The position numbers and the translations under genes are program-made. This document shows positions 62,799 to 64,000 of a stretch of 64,000 nucleotides of DNA, one piece after another; within the stretch, counting starts at the first letter, position 1; each line of letters begins with the position of its first letter. The notes beneath the pieces are model-generated. The model had not been told where the DNA came from, searched no databases, and saw only the letters and a list, made by a program, of their open reading frames with translations. The DNA lies in the NCBI GenBank assembly GCA_964199315.1, contig OZ116699.1:18290001-18354000 (forward strand), given 5' to 3'. The stretch comes from Orbicella franksi. Its lineage: Eukaryota.

Positions 62799-63248
62799 CC
62801 TGCGGGGGAGGGGGTAACTTGACCCATGTTTGTGTATAGGGGTACTGCCAAGGGTTTGAAATCGTCAACCTGTTTAGGACAAAAAGGCTCTAGAAACCCT
62901 ACCCTGTGTACTGGGCAAAGAAACACAAAGTAACTAGACCTACCGGTACGATCTATTCTGTCAATGCACGCTAGTTATAACACTGATAAGTGGAAAAAAT
63001 TTTTTTCCGACAACAATAGCATTCTTGTCAAGAAAATGATCTGATGTTGATTGATGACCTTGTAACGGCCGGTTAACGTCTCTCGGCTCCTAATATACCA
63101 TACCCTGTTTAGGACAGGTTCTGACCCTGTCTAGGACAGAGGCGAGTAAAATTATATACCCTGTTCAGGACAACGAGACCAAAAAACCATACCCTGTGCA
63201 GCGGAAGGTCCCCATATAGCCCAAATAAGGGAGTCATGAACCCCTGGG
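62799..63248. mobile_element. Non-autonomous DNA element with CC..GGGG/CCCC..GGG termini and internal ACCCTGT(T/C)(T/C)AGGACA repeats
   Basis: About five copies of the ACCCTGTTTAGGACA-like motif lie between G-rich and C-rich ends. Family identity is from recall only. Confidence 0.6.
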
Positions 63249-64000
63249 ATGTTTATATTGTATTTATAGCATATAGTCCTTATGCCATCTGACAGGGTAC
63301 GGAAAAAATAACAAATTATGCAGAAATTTTGGGGGAAAAGTGCAGAGGAATGTGTCATTTATGCAGAAAACACACTGGATTATGCGAAAATTTCAGCAAT
63401 TAACAAAACTGATGATGAAGTCCGGACAACAGTGGAACAAAAAGTATTACCCACAATATAGGCTCTTTGATGCAATGCACAACATTTTCATCAACTTTGA
63501 TAATATTATATGCTTGATCTTTTAATGGTATTTGTTAACAGGTATTTCTTCATTTACGTAGTTTTCCATAGTGCATTTTACCTCATTTTGCGTTGCCATT
63601 TTACATTTAGATTTCCTTGTTGCACTCATGGAAAGTCCGTAGCTTAGTAACTAGGAACTACATGAAGTTTCTGGGCTCTTTGCCTATATTAGGTTGGAAT
63701 GCCTGGAGGTTAAAAAATGGCCACAGATGAAATGGTGTTTTATTTTTGTTGCTGTTTTAGGAGAAAAACTACTTCAAAATAATCAGTCTCTTCAAAATGT
63801 GTGCTTGTGGGGTTGTAAGGCAGCTGCTTTATCACTAATATGGAACAATGTTTCTGTTTTATGAGGAAAAAAGCTCTGATTACATTTGGCAATCAGAAGA
63901 AACCCAACAGGGAAGGCCTGACAGAATGCATTCCATTGCCGCTCCACAGGCGCCCCCATTCCTGTTCTTTATCTGTTCCGTATCCCTTCCATATCCGTTC

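Overview
Eukaryotic, AT-rich, intron-containing animal genomic DNA. It is most likely an anthozoan cnidarian (stony coral), inferred from gene style and from repeat types I recall from coral genomes; this was not verified by a search. Protein-coding genes reconstructed by hand from splice sites and reading phase: (1) a rhodopsin-class GPCR with an intronless CDS (7643-8668,+); (2) a two-exon SNAG-domain/6xC2H2 zinc-finger repressor (19427-16869,-) whose SNAG exon is missing from the ORF track; (3) DPCD (6 exons, 35678-32388,-); (4) an intronless TRIT1 tRNA dimethylallyltransferase (39234-37789,-); (5) TOPBP1 (about 14 exons, 58284-41618,-); (6) a stathmin-like (STMND1/CCDC198-type) gene nested antisense in a TOPBP1 intron (46203-47459,+), with an RFX X-box just upstream. 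Two further plus-strand genes are tentative: a 3-exon 61-aa microprotein divergent from the SNAG-ZF gene, and an unidentified gene head-to-head with TOPBP1. Intergenic and intronic DNA is dense in mobile elements: an L2/CR1 RT fragment nested in a TIR element, many MITEs and foldbacks, SINE copies, a Penelope-like 3' end carrying a hammerhead ribozyme motif, an internally deleted RTE with a ~45-bp target-site duplication (TSD) and an HDV-like ribozyme fold at its 5' end, and an 801-bp tandem-plus-inverted array of a tRNA-mimic unit bounded by a perfect 15-bp TSD. No CRISPR array, rRNA or bona fide tRNA gene was found.
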